Source of the DNA: Trichoplax adhaerens
Taxonomy: Eukaryota > Animalia > Placozoa
Assembly: GCF_000150275.1 (NCBI RefSeq)
Contig: NW_002060959.1
Span: forward strand, 1,085,746-1,149,745
Length of the DNA: 64,000 bases
Direction: 5' to 3'
Part shown: positions 1 to 14,400 of the stretch, piece after piece
Position numbering within the stretch: position 1 is the stretch's first letter
How the letters are laid out: each line of letters begins with the position of its first letter
Translations under genes and position numbers: made by a program
The notes under the pieces: generated by a model
Told to the model about the DNA's origin: nothing
Seen by the model: the letters and a program-made list of their open reading frames with translations, nothing else
Database searches by the model: none

Positions 1-3000
1 TATCTAATCCTACAACTTAATTTATCAGATTCTGGACCTACATCACTAAACCAACTCCGCCGTTGATTGTAATTTTGGAATGTTTGCGAGGATAGTAATG
101 TTTGTGGGCTTAATGCATTCTCTTCCAGTTTATTGTCAGATGCTTTATAGCCAATAGAAGTAGGCGGTGAACGTATTCTTCTCAATTCAGATGGTATTTT
201 ATGGGATGTCGATAAGCGTTCCTTATTAGGATCTGGCAGTCGATAGTAGTAACCGGTTCTACAACCCTACATTACGTTCAAAAATAATAACAATTTTTTC
301 AAGTGAATAAGCTTGGACTTACAAAAATGCTGCACTATTATCATGTAGCGTAACTCGTAATATACGTATAATGTCCATATTTTATCAACTGGTTTAAAAT
401 GGTTACCCTCATATCCAAATTTCTTATATAAGCTTCAAATTCGATCTTGCATTTGTGTAATTTTTCCTTTGAGTAGCTTCCATTTTCAATAGAATAATCT
501 ATTTCGACTGGAATTTGATGTAAATTATGTAGTCCTAGGGCTAAGTAGCTGAGCTAAAATGAAAATGGAAGTGAATTCAATTGGGTTGAATAATTTTGAA
601 CTTGGAAGTTTCGTAGTATCGATTATTCCCAACGGATATAAAGTATATTGTTCCAGGACAATTTTTAGGCTGTTTTTAAAGGCAGTATAATATTCTAATG
701 TACAGGATTGAAATAATTGTAAAATAATACCATTTTGAAAGTCTATATTATATCTACGCCATGGATGGATAAGATGGTTATTATTGAACTAGCGCCTAAA
801 GTATCGAAGAGTTACTATAATTCAACGGTCTGATATGATAAAATCTGGTAATACGAGTAAAGATCAATGATAAACTACTTCGACTATATATACAGTATAC
901 TATCACTTTGACTATATATATACTATCGTCTATTCCCAACGAATGTAAAGTATATTGTTCCTGGACAATTTTTAGGCTATTTTTTTAAAGGCAGCATAAT
1001 ATTCTAATGTACAGGACTGAAATAACTGTAAAATTATACCATCTTGGAAGTCTATACTATATCTACGCCATGAATGGATAAGATGGTTATTATTGAACTA
1101 ACGTCTAAAGTATCGAAGAGTTACTATAATTCACCGGTCTACTATGATCAAATCTGGTAATACGAGTAAAGATCAAATAATAATAAATCACTTACTGGAA
1201 AATGAGACTATTCAAACTTGCAGTAGTAACATTAAATTCTACTTACTTCAACATCGCAAGCCTTAATCACACGTGTTGCATTGTAGAAAGCTTCTTCAAC
1301 AGTTAATCCAGTAACAAAAAATCCGTTATTTTTCATCAGTACAATCTATTCATAAAATAAGTAAGGAGTACTCATCAAATAGCTCGTTATCGGATATCTA
1401 TTGATTCAAATAGAAACCATGTTACTTATAATAAATTAGTAATGCTCTATTCCTGATTTACTATTGAAACGATTTACTTTGGTGATATAAACGGTGACAA
1501 CATTTATTTTTCAAACCTGCGCTGGGGATCGAGCGAATTCGCTAACAAACGCTTGTCTATCCTTATCATCCAAGGCTGTCGGATTGCAGTTAAATTGAAA
1601 TTGAGGAAAAATCTGTAAATTACAATCCGAAGGGATACTGTTTAGTGTAAGTGCCTTGATCGGTCGTTAAAATGATTCAAATGAGAATAAATTCTATTTT
1701 ATGGTGGATAACTATCACTCAGATATGCTAGATTGAAATTCGAAATACCGCAATGACTCGAACTGTAACTAAGCTTGTTCGATGGAATAAAATGGACTGT
1801 AATATCAAATCCAATTTACACCTAAAGTCTTGTCTAAAGTACACTAATCTCTATTTTACGACTAGCGCTACAACAAGCTAACCTCTGTGGCTTCTTGGCA
1901 TAATGGTAGTAAGCCAGCTTTGGTAGCGGATATCTGAAAGAGTAATGATCATATTTAAGATAGATCCATGTACAGTAGTTAGCATATCAGAGACCTTCCT
2001 CTCTCTATAATGGAAACACTGGATCAATTAATTATATTGATACAGTAACATGACATAAAGATGATCCAATTTTAAGTAACTATTGTTGCCTTCAATCAAT
2101 AAATTATATTATAGAACATTGAGAATTGAATCCATTGTCAAGAATAGGCGCCTTGCCTCCTTGTCAAGAAAGCGTAAACATGGGGCTATACAAAATTGCC
2201 TTCTGTATCATTTAAACCCAAAAATTGAACTGCTGATGTAGAAGAAAGAGTAATATTTCAAGACTTACGGCTAAGGTTGTTGGAGTCCTCAAGTGGATGA
2301 TACAGCGCGTTTCTGGTTTTGCTGTATAAACATATTGATGGACGACAAATTGACGCTGATCGACCAAGAAAGCTTGGCGATGTAGATCTACAGCTTGGCC
2401 TTGACCGTTGACTTTCAATAATTTTCTAGCCGATATTTCTTGATAGGATAAGCCATACGGATTAGCTAAAAATTGATATTTCCCCATGCTAATGCGACTC
2501 TAATTAGATCAAGAGGAGGGGAAAAAAAAATAATAATTAAGGATACTACTTTAAAGACTAAGAATTAGAATTAAGAGTAACATCATCCATTAGCAAATTT
2601 CAACTTTTATTTTCTTGAATAAAAACTCGCAAAAGACTGATCGTTTAAGTCGTGATATAGCAACAGGCGAAGTGATCAATAACGTCTATATTATGCTTAG
2701 GAAAGAAGGACGTAAAGTGGGCGGTGGATTAGACTAAGTCATCTAATATTTTATAAATCATTTTAATGTAAAACAAATTTTCCTGGGATAGCCTTAATCA
2801 ACAGGATTGCAAAAATAGAAAAAAGGTGTTTAAATTATTCTTTAAAAGCAAAGGGCAATGTTAATGAACAGAGTCTTACCGTAATAAGGGTGCCATGACA
2901 CTGTTCCCATTCCAAAATATCAATTAAACGGAAAACACAAGCTAATTTACATCGTAAATTTTTCTCTCCTTTTTCAAAGCTATAGTTACTTCTGCTACTG

Positions 3001-3248
3001 AGATCCGCAATAGGATAGAAGCGATGAAAGGCTACAGTGGATAAATCTACGGTTGAAATTGGATTATTGGGTCTTGGTTTAATTGCGGTCGGTAAATAAT
3101 TATGGGCATGGCCTTGAGTGATACTCTCTAACTCTTTGCGAAAAGTTTGACTGTCAAGGATAGAAGTAACTGGTTTACGTTTCTTTAATCCTTTTACTTC
3201 CGAATCGTTTTGTTCGATAGAACGACTTTTCTTCAACTTTCTTTCCAT
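1..3248 (-). CDS. Adducin-like protein, paralogue A (class II aldolase/adducin head), spliced; 3' end runs off the left edge
   Basis: Approximate exons 3248-2880, 2499-2266, 1934-1883, 1613-1518, 1344-1246, 552-407, 266-42 join in frame through GT-AG introns. Adducin head motifs: EKNLRCKLACVFRLID, FLANPYGLSYQEISARKLLKVN, PETRCIIHLRTP, GLLPLCQEA, IVLMKNNGFFVTGLTVEEAFY, EFEAYIRNLDMRGCRTGYYYR. Confidence 0.88.
624..1177. repeat. Two-copy direct repeat of ~245 bp (period ~306 bp) in an adducin A intron
   Basis: The block tattcccaacg...aaatctggtaatacgagtaaagatcaa occurs at ~625-867 and ~931-1176 with few mismatches. Confidence 0.9.
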
Positions 3249-5482
3249 TTTGGACAGACAAAAATCAATTTTATCGTTGATTTTTTTCTCCCATCAGCGA
3301 AATGGATGGTCTACTCAATTGGGCGATAACCCAAGCCAGTCTGTCGATGGAATGTCTCTATCGCAAACAGAATAACTTTATAACCCATAGGATAAATAAT
3401 TGACTATAGAAAGTTGAAAAAAAAAATATCGTCACTCCATTACGGAGTTAATTGTATTCTATTTTCTCGACCACCAACTATTTTTATTCTATGAAGTAAG
3501 AGAAGAAAGGAGAAATGATTATCCCCTACCGTTACTTATTCAGCCTATCATCAACTATTATCCTAAATTGATATGATGGCGGCACAAGCTTGGGAGGAGG
3601 ATTCCGCCTTTCAAAAATCTCATGGGATTGCCATCAGAAAGTATACTTTAATAATAGTTGGCATCCTTGGGTGCAGCTACAGTCAGGACCGCCTATTTAT
3701 TAACTTACATGCATTCATTGCAAATATGTCTGTTGAATTGTGCTGCCGTCAAAACAAATCCGACTGTCTACCATTGCAATCATGGTGGTCTATTCATCAT
3801 CGAGTGATTCATCATCTTTCCGTTTATTATACAGATATAAAAATATTTTTGATTTGTTACTAAGCATTTTATTCTTGACCTTCTTTGTATTAAATCGTTA
3901 ACTCTAAAAAATTGCACTAGCCTATTGCTATTGGGGATTTTCCATGTACAAAATAACTGAATGAAATAGGATTAAAATGAATGTATAGGAATATGATAAT
4001 CTAAATTATATTGAATAATCATGGTGCAATTGGAGAAGAGAGTAGATTATGATAATGAATTCAATATAGACTTAAGTCCAGGATAATGGAGACACGTTTT
4101 CTCCATCATTTGAATACTCTAGATAAAGAATTCAGACTAATTATATCTCATTATTCAAGTCGATAACATATTTGATTGATTTATATTCTAGGAATTCAAC
4201 GCTAAGCCATTCACATGAACGACTATCTGCTAATTATATGCTAATTTGCGTTGGCAGTGGCTTAGCTAATTGATTTATCTGTGCTATAGACACCAGAAAA
4301 AAGTTAAACTACCTTATCCTTTTTATTCTCATCACGCATAATAACGTTATTAGAACACCTTTTGATTACATTAATTTACGCACATAAAAGTAGTAATGAT
4401 CTTATTAACCATACTTTAGATTGCAATCATCCAAGAGTTATGGATAGCAAACAGGTTGCATAAACATATACCCAAGAAAGTTATAAATTATATTACATAT
4501 ACTATCATGGACAATTCATTGTAGTATATCAGAAGTCCTGTATATAAGTGCGGGAAATCGATCAGACTCTTTGGTCAATTAATACATGAACTAGTTAACT
4601 TTTTAAACGATGATAACTTGACTCTATCAGCACGCCTGACATAATATCAAAAAATCATTTCGTTGATCAGCTTAATTGCTCAATGAGTATTCAAGATGAA
4701 AACGAATTCGACATAAGTAGACTACCCAACATCTTTAAATACGTCTATTAAATATGATTGAAATTATTCAGTTTAGATCAAAATTATCTTGCGTGGAATA
4801 CGAGCATTTGCAAAGGTTATCCTAGTGATTACGATTAAAAGGAAATGCTGATATGGATAAAATCCCATTAATAAAGTATAAAATAGTAGGAGAATGAGTG
4901 CTACTAATTATGATATTGAAATAATTTTCTTCAAAAGTTTATCCTAATTATGATGATAGTTTAGATACTGTTAGGGATAAATATCATCAATGAAGTAATG
5001 AAAGTGAAAATTCATTCGTTGCAATAGTTTAACAATTTTCTCATCACGATACATTCTATTTAGATTAAGTATTGGATACTTAATTTACACAAGCGGTAAG
5101 AGAATATAAAGCAGACTTTAGAAACCCTTCATGATATCTTGTACTTTTTATCATCAAACTTTAAGGCTCGTTAATAGCATTTATAGCAAATAGAACTACA
5201 TCTAGACTATGCAAATAACCGAAATAAAATTTGCGTCTTGCTAATTCATTATTTTGAATGTCTAATGAATTTTAGTATCGGTCATCATCTCATTAGCACC
5301 TAGATTGTGAAGTACCTCTTTATTTACCATCATCTCAATAATATTTACGTTTACTTTAACATTTTGTAAAAGTTGTCCTCAATAAAGGATTATTTAATTG
5401 TCTATTGCGTATAAATGGCAGCCAATAGTTTCAATAAATCAGCCATAAAGATTTTATAAGCGTTATTCTTTCAGTCAGCTTA

Positions 5483-8400
5483 TTAAAATGATGCACCATC
5501 AAGAAATGATTTGGCCATGGAATCAATATTTTGACTATATCGAACGTTTTTTGAAAGGCTTCCCTCCTCATCACTAGAGCTGTCCGATATAACTGCATCA
5601 GCCAAAGGAGGATTGCTATCCATTCCGATATTGACTGATAAAGAGGGATTTCCCATGGATAATGTCGACTTCTCACCGATCTTAGCGTCGTTTTCCTTGC
5701 CAAGATTGCTGTCGGTCATATTATCCGTTGCATGAGAGATACTAGCAGTAGCTTTGATATCAAGTGCAGCAGGATCTTGCTTGGCATTTGCATTTTTAAT
5801 TTTGATGGAAGATCCCAATGTACCAAGGTGATATGATGGAAGGGATTGCCCTTGAATGATAGCACTTCCTAATGGCTTTTCATCTTGTACTATCGATGGT
5901 GTAGAATCTTGAGTAGGTTGGCTAGCAGGCAATGATTCTATGGACTCCGGCGTCGCTCTTTTATAAGGATTTTTTACCTCTATATTTGTATTGCTATGAA
6001 ATGGGTGGCTTTCTTTCTTGCCCAAAGATCGGACTCTAGCAGATACTGGCAAATTCATTGCTTCGCCATTAGGCTTTGAAATAGTTTGATCTGGCAAATT
6101 TGGTTTCTCCGGTGTATTATGACTGTCGGCATGAATATTGGAAGAGAATTTGGCTGATATGGTTAATGGTCTGGCAGAACTTGATGCGTCTTGAGTCATG
6201 TTATCATCCATGGCTAAGTTAGAGTTCTGCTTAGACTTGATCGATGCTCCTATTTGCCCAGTCATCTTCGGCGTTGATATAGTTAATGGTCTGGCAGAAC
6301 TTGATGCGTCTTGAGTCATGTTATTATCCATGGCTAGGTTAGAGTTCTGCTTGGACTCGATCGATGCTCCTATTTGCCCAGTCATCTTCGGCGTTGATAT
6401 AGTTAATGGTCTGGCAGAACTAGATGCGTCTTGAGTCATGTTATTATCCATGGCTAAGTTAGAGTTCTGCTTGGACTCGATCGATGCTCCTATTTGCCCA
6501 GTCATCTTCGGACTAGCTACTGCTTGATCTGGATAAGATAAGTAAATATTGGCTTGGTTATTTTCACTCGCGGAATGGAATGGATGTAGATCTGCCTGTG
6601 TTGATGGCGATTGAGGAGCGGTATCCGGTGATCCAGGTTCATTCGGCTGATCTACTTCATCCAAGCCACGTACATTCTTACCTGCAAGTTCATGATGACT
6701 ATTACCCATTTCCTCTGCTTCTGCTTCTACTTCTCGTACATCTTTCCGTGATAACTATTTCAAAATACCAGAAAGAATTCATCTTATTCATTGACAACTA
6801 TACGGTCAATTCGATTCATAGAAATGATGAAAATGGAAGTGGAATAACAGTTTAAAAATATTAGCAAACTGGCAATTATTTGATATGTTGTCGTCAAGCC
6901 TGTATTGGAAATAGGATTAAATTAATGACGTGATAGTTCATTTTCTGCCTACCCTTTTAAATAGTCGATTCGCCATTTTAGCAATTGAACTTTTCTTTTT
7001 CTTTTTCTTATCCCCATCGATGTTATCGCCATCCATTTCTACAGCGGCTTCTGGCTTACTATGTATATCAATAGGTTCATAAATATTTTCCGTTGCATCG
7101 GCATCACCTTTGGATAAATGGTGATCTTGGTCTATTGCAGCAGAAAGCGGCAAAGGGCGATTTGAAAAGTTGGGTGTAATTTGCCCTTTCAACTCTAAAT
7201 TGATTTCCTGTTCTTCAGGCTCGCTATCAGCGGTATAATAGATTGGGTTGCTATCATCGTTATAGTAGATAGGATCGCCATTAGACTTATAGTAGATAGG
7301 ATCGCCATTAGACTTATAGTAGATAGGATCGCTATCAACGTTATAATAAATGGGCTCGCGATCGTCATCAGCAGTTTGGTTCACATCGGGTAGATGTTCA
7401 GAATGGGTCGCTGAAGAAATTTCATGAATGGTTCCTGCAGGGATAAGCTCGTCGTTTCCATTTCGGATAAATACAAGATTCTAGGCATAAATTGAATCAT
7501 GATAATCTGTCACAACATCCATCTTAGCTCGATTATTGAATAATATCAACGTTGTAAAGATGATTTCCTTGACAACTTTACTCATCATGGGATTGTTATT
7601 TTTAGCCTACTTACCGAATATTCTGCTCCATCTGGCTTCTTCATGTTATCAAGGTTAATCGAAGCTGATATTTTACTATTCCCACCATCATCATCAGTCT
7701 TTGGCATTGCCACTGTATCGCTCTTCTTCTCCTCTTTATCACTAGGCCCATTTTCGCAATTGAAATCTCTGGATGTGGAATCGATTGCAATATCTGGAGC
7801 AATAGACACATTATCGTGGATAATACTGCCATCCCATGACAGGTTTACAGATGTGTTGTCGAGATCATTGCGATGGAATGATGGAGAGCTACCGCTACTA
7901 TAGTCCTGGCTTGCAATTTCTGGTGTCGATTTTTCAACTACTGACTTCATTCCTTTACCATCCACTTCAATAACAGGTCGGACTAATGGTTGCGCTTTCA
8001 CTTCCGACGGCTTTTCACTTTCAACCTGGAAGGCGTAAATATTCTTTCGATCTTTATCTAGAGGTCAAAAAGATGAAAATCACTTTAGTAACTTCATTGA
8101 ATTGCATTTTCAGCCTAACAGGCAAATTCTCTCCTTGTATGCTATCCATTGAAAAGTTTATTTCTGCAATACCATCTTTGGCGATTGAATGATGATCCAA
8201 GTCGATATTGGGATTGGCTTTGGCATGCATAGACATTTCAATTTGGGTTGGCTTTGGCAATGATTCACGATCAGCCATTTTAGGGGATTTCGTTAAATTG
8301 ACTTGGACAGGATTGGTAGTGTTGATGTGGAAATCTCCATCGATTCCACGATTGGCGACATGATCAGTGATAGGCAAATCATTTGATATTTTGGCACGAG

Positions 8401-11400
8401 CTATTGGTGATTGTGGATCTAGACTACCTAGACTTTCATAGCCAACATTTAAGCTTGGATTGAAATGAGCTTGGCCACCAACTTGAGCTGCTTCCTCTGT
8501 AATAGCCATTGCAGATGGTACAACCTTATTATTGTCGTTGATAGCAGGAGATAACCCTTTAGGTAGTTTAGGTTGATTTTCTCCAACATGAACATCCATA
8601 GATATGTTGATTTGAGCGTTAGGATTATTCTCTCCTTGCCTTTCTACATCCGTTGGTGAAGGTTGGCCATCATATTGGTCTCTACTGGATAAATTTACCC
8701 CTGCTATTCCCATAGGAGGTTCGCCATTGGTCGTCAACTCCTATTGCAACAAATCAAATAAAGGATAATAGAATGATGAATCAATGATGGATAATTACGC
8801 AAATGGACCTCGTAGAAGACTATTCATGAAACTCATTGCTAGTCTACCTCGTCTTCTTGGGCTTTCTCTACTTTGCTTTTTTTCTACAAGTACAGAAAGA
8901 GTGGAAAAAAATTTCAATTTGAACACCATCTCAGTCAATATTTTGAGTGCATAATAAATTAATATTGTGCTCAACAAATTGCTCACCTTCGTCACTAAAT
9001 TTTTTGCCCTTTTGCCAATGCTTTTCATCTTATTGACTAATTTACGTTCCTTCTGTTTTTTTTTCAATGAAATGGATAATTCGCCAGCGTAGATTGCATC
9101 ACCATCGTTATATTCATATCTCTTTCGAATCTCATGATTTTCATCGGTTGAATCTGTAGCGTCGTCGGAATCAGATGTTACTTCGGTACCGGTAGAAATT
9201 AAACTTTCACGAGGCGAAGTAAATTGTCTTTCATCTTCAGTTTCGCGATCGGTCGCCTAAAATGATGGAAGAGATCAAATTAAGGTTTAAATTGCACAAC
9301 ATCTCAGTCTTTCGTGTATCATAGAAAGAAAAATCATAAAATGATCTTAAAATTAGTCCATTTTACACCCTTGAAATGAACTCTCGATTAGCATGGAAAA
9401 TCGATTGAATTTTGAAGCCGTCAACTACAACGCTGCTCAATGGGGTAAATAAGTAATCAAAACTTGCTATACTAATCATTCAAGTCTAATCCTATCGAAG
9501 ACTCCAATAGTCGAAAGGAAAAAATGATGAAAAAAATTTAAAGTTAACGTCGGACTGCTGATATTATGATCTCATCTCATTGAGGGTAATCCAAGTTGTC
9601 TTGGATCGAGTAATTCTATCGATATTAGTGTAGCAAATCATTTTTATAATCCAAGAGGACTATAGAATTTCTTACAGCGAAATTGAATAAAACTTTTATG
9701 CCCCAAGTCTATGAATTCTATCATGGTAGGGAGGAATACTTTAAGTGACTTTTAGGCCACTTAATCTAGATGAAGGCGATAGCAGTTATTGCCAGATTCA
9801 TGATACAAGCTCCATTCTTGAAGCGAATGCAATATGCCTCTCTCAAGAGTCAATCCAATTAGTTACGGAAAAATATCTCCGTATCAGAAATTCCACTAGC
9901 CATTTTGCCACATAGAAAATCGCAACATGGTTACGTAATAATCAATCGCTTTCTAACTCGTTCGGTTATCCAATCACTGACTCAAAATTGGAGCTGCTAA
10001 AATTGAGCAAATCTCGAACATGATATAGTGCTGGCGTACTTTATACTACTACTGTAATTAGCTGAAATGACTGCTCGAATGCACGTTGACTATACTTTGC
10101 TTCTGGAAATGATCCATTACAAGCAAACCCATTTCATTTTATACTGCTTCCATTTCTCACCGAGATTGACATATACGTTGACTATGCCAGGGACTTGGAA
10201 GAGAAAATCTCACAAGTCCCTGGTATACGCTGACTACGGTTTGCCAATAGAGGTGATGATGATTGCATGCAAAGAATAACAAGCAAAGCTATTTCATTTT
10301 TGGGACTATTTTAATCTATGGATGCCCTTGGTTAGCAATGGAAGCAAAAGATTACCGTGGTGTCAGAAACCTCGGGCACCATTTCTCCTCGAGTCACGCT
10401 GTATTTACCTAAAATAAAATATTAAAAAGGCTTAGCTCGGTGAAATGTTGGCAATCGAGTCATGAAAGATAGGTGCTTGATACACTGATAATATTAGTAT
10501 ACCATGGTCGTTGCTGCTTTTTAAAAAGGCCTCTTTCTTAACTTTAACGTGTCCAGTTGGTAAATAAAATGACGACTGTGTCTTTTCAGGTCCTCGCAAG
10601 AAATTGTTAGCTTCTTCATTCACACTGTAATCTTGTTGAACTGCAGAAACAGCAATCATTTCTTCGCTGGCTAATAGTTGCTGCTGCTGAAAACTGATAT
10701 TTTCATTGATACTATGACTCTCTTTCACGGTCGACATGGTGGTTACTTGCTCATTGACCATGGATTGATTTTTCTTCTCCATAACATTAGCAGTCATCAT
10801 ATTGGTATTGGAGATTGGAGGATTACTGTGCGATGTATTGAGAATACTTTCGGTTTCGTTGTCTTTTCTAACCACCATGAGCTCATATCGAGCATTTTCA
10901 ACGTCATGTAATGCCTTAATTTGATATTCATGGCCTAAACGTAAATGAAGGGCAAAAGATTCCATTTCAAACACGTTCGATCTCATGCTATCCCAATTAT
11001 GGTTGGCGACCGTGATTTGCTGGGTTTCTTCATTTTGTAACCCTTTACTTGCAACAGGCTGGTATTCATTTTGATTATAATTCTGCGAAGATAATTTTAC
11101 TAAACTGTTAACACTAGTCTCACTACTAGATTCAGTCTTACTACTCGATTGCATAATGTTGCTTGATTGAGTCACTTTACTGGATCTTTTTATGCTGCTT
11201 GTTTTCTTAACTTGGTTGGATTTGGGGGTGGCATTTTCTTCACCGGCCTTTTTCTGCTTCAACGGTCGTTTCTGCTTATTTAAATCCTCTTTCCTTTCCT
11301 AGTTTAATAGGTGCCATTATCAAATAACGATTAACTTATACCTTCAAACTTACTTTAACAACGTGATATATATGAGCAACCCATTACTAAGCGACTGATT

Positions 11401-14400
11401 GAACAAGAGTTTATCATTGCTTAAAGATGATAAAATAGGTTTAAAATTGAAATTGAATCGCTGTCATCCATCAAACCATTCAATGAATTATATGGATAGC
11501 TAATGCGTCTTATTTAGCTAAAGTTGATGCTTCACTATAGAAAAAATATCTTTAAAATTCAAATGGATTATCTAATCGTTGTCATCAATTAAGCCATTCC
11601 ATTCGATATATGGATAGCTAATGCGACCCATGAATCGAAGTTTTATCACTTTCTTACTTCATTATGCAAACAATGTATTTCAAATTAAAAGTGATTGTCT
11701 AATCATTATTATCAATCAGAATATTAAATTAAATATATGGTTAGCTAATATGGCTCATTTAGCTAAACTTATTTAATTGTTGTTATCAAATCATTAGATT
11801 AACTGGCTATAGCTAATGCGACTTATACAGCTAAGCTTGATCATTTCTAAATGATGCAAAAATAGATTTGAAAGTAAAAGTTATGTTATTATCTCATCGT
11901 TGTTATCAATCAAACCATCAGATTAAATATAGAGATAACTAATTGAACTAAACTTTATCATTTCTTAATTATGGATTAAAATCTGAATATTAAAAGCGAA
12001 TATCGAATCATTTTCATCAATCAATACATGCATAGCTACTGCGGCTCACTTAGCTCAAGTTGATCATTGCTTCATTACGGTATGGAAATTATATTTTAAA
12101 ATTAAAAGGTATTATAATCGAATAGCTTGATTGATGACAACAGTTCAATAGTCATCGAATCGTTGTCTTGAATCAGGCCATTCGATTAAATGGCATGAAT
12201 AGCTAAGGAGACTCATAGAGCTAAACTTAATCATTTCCTAATTATAATAAATAAATTTAAAACTAAGAGTTCTAATCTAATCGTTGCCATTAATTAATTA
12301 AGCCATTGGATTAAATACATAGACAGCTAACTTGAATGGATCATCATTGAATACCTGTTGTTGATTTGCTCTCTGTTTAATTGCATGTAAAATGGATGGT
12401 TCGAGTTGTTTTATTTCTTTTTTAGTTTGTCCATCAACATGGTCGGATAGCTGACCGTTTGTCTTAATTTCTGAGTCTGTATGATTGCCCTAAAAGTAAG
12501 ATAAAGTAATTCTATATCGATATTTTTACTGCATCAGTAGTTAATGTATGCGTATTTCAGATAATACGTCAATCAATTTCAATCGATTGCAATTTATTTT
12601 GCAGAAGACTTTGGTCGAAATAAAATTGAAATTATTCAATGGTAAACAACATACATTCGAGAACCAGTTAAGTCGCTTAGAATGATTTCTTGCTGTTTGT
12701 GAAGAACGTGGAATTGATTCTTGATTCACTTCTTTCTCTGTATCTTCTAATCCATTATCGCTGCTTGCTCTAGAGCTACTGTTACTTTGCACTGAGCTAC
12801 CGCTACTGTGCAGTGACTGAGTTTTCTGAACTTGTGATCGTTTCGCAAGGCTTTTTGAAGCGACAGCTTTATTAGGATCAGGCAATTGGTAGAAATGGCC
12901 AGTTTTGCAGCCCTATGCAGATGATAAAAGTCATTTCTTTAAATATTAAGATTAAAAATAATGAAAATACTTTAAAATTGTATTGTCATTTTATAACAGT
13001 TGTAGAATTATCGCTTAAAGTATAAATATGAAACCCTTGATCGTTAATTCAAGAATCACGTAAAAGATCGCATTTAACCAGTTATTCATCAAATTATGCT
13101 TGACTACTTAATGATAGTAATGATAATACTTGTATTTATGTTAATGTTCAATAGTACGCTAATGTGAGAGAAAATTTTCCATTCTTATACGAATGGAATA
13201 ATTAGCGCAACTTTACAAGCTAAACTCTCTTACTCTGATATCGAGGCTTCGAAGAAATGCCTCAAATTCGATATCACAGTTTCTTAGCTTTCCCATCCAG
13301 ACCAGATCGTATTCGTTAGAAAGCTCCTTTTGCATGGAAATTTGCTCCAAGTTATCGAGCCCGGCCGATATGCATCGTGACTAATTAAAAATAGTAGAAC
13401 ATTAACATTCCTTGATAGAGCGTCTACTGAAGAGATTGCTTCAATTTTCATTATATTTATTTTTAGGATTAATTTCGAAGGCAAAAGAAGCAAATAAGTT
13501 AGTTAAACTTATGAAAAAATAGAATAATGACTGATAATTTATTGATGATTTACAATTATTAAATATGAAGGAAAATGGTGAGCATTATAACGATATTATT
13601 ATTCAACATGATGCTGGAATAGCTATTGTGAGCTATTTTGTAATATTACTAGACAAAATATTTTGAGTTCTAACCGAGAGACTATAGAATTAATCTAAGA
13701 AATACATAGCTACTAGCTATTTTTCATTTGGTAATCATAATACGCATACAATTGAAGCTGAACTAAATCTAAAGAATCAAATTGCGTATTATGATAAAAT
13801 GAGGGCATAACGAAGGAATGATAACTAGAAAATCTTGCTGACCTGAACATTGCAAGCCACCATAACACGGATTGAATTATAGAAACCTTCCTCAACAGAT
13901 GATCCAGTCACAAGAAATCCGTTATTTTGCAATACTACAATCTATTGTAGAGGAAATGGATTGAATTTTGATTTAGGTTGGTAAGCAGGACGAGTAAAAG
14001 ACAATCGCTAACTACATATACGCATATAAATAAATAATATACTTTATGTGTGCATGCTATTAATTTTAAGTATGCAATAAATGTTTGCGAGACCATAGAC
14101 AACGTAGCCGTTTCTATTACTAGTTATTATTTACACGTATACTTATAATAGCACAATATTATAGCATACTCGTGATGGTGATTGAGAGAATTCTCTGATA
14201 AATCTTTCTTTATCGTCCAAATTCGGCTTCATTGGATTATATTGAAATATATACTGTGGATAGATCTAAATAGGTAGAATCAAAAGTATTATTATGCTGA
14301 CAGAGGATAATATCATAAAATCAACAGCTACCATTTTAAATCAAACCTCAGTTGCTTCTTGACAAAGTGGTAGTAAGCCAATTCTTGTTGCGGATACCTG

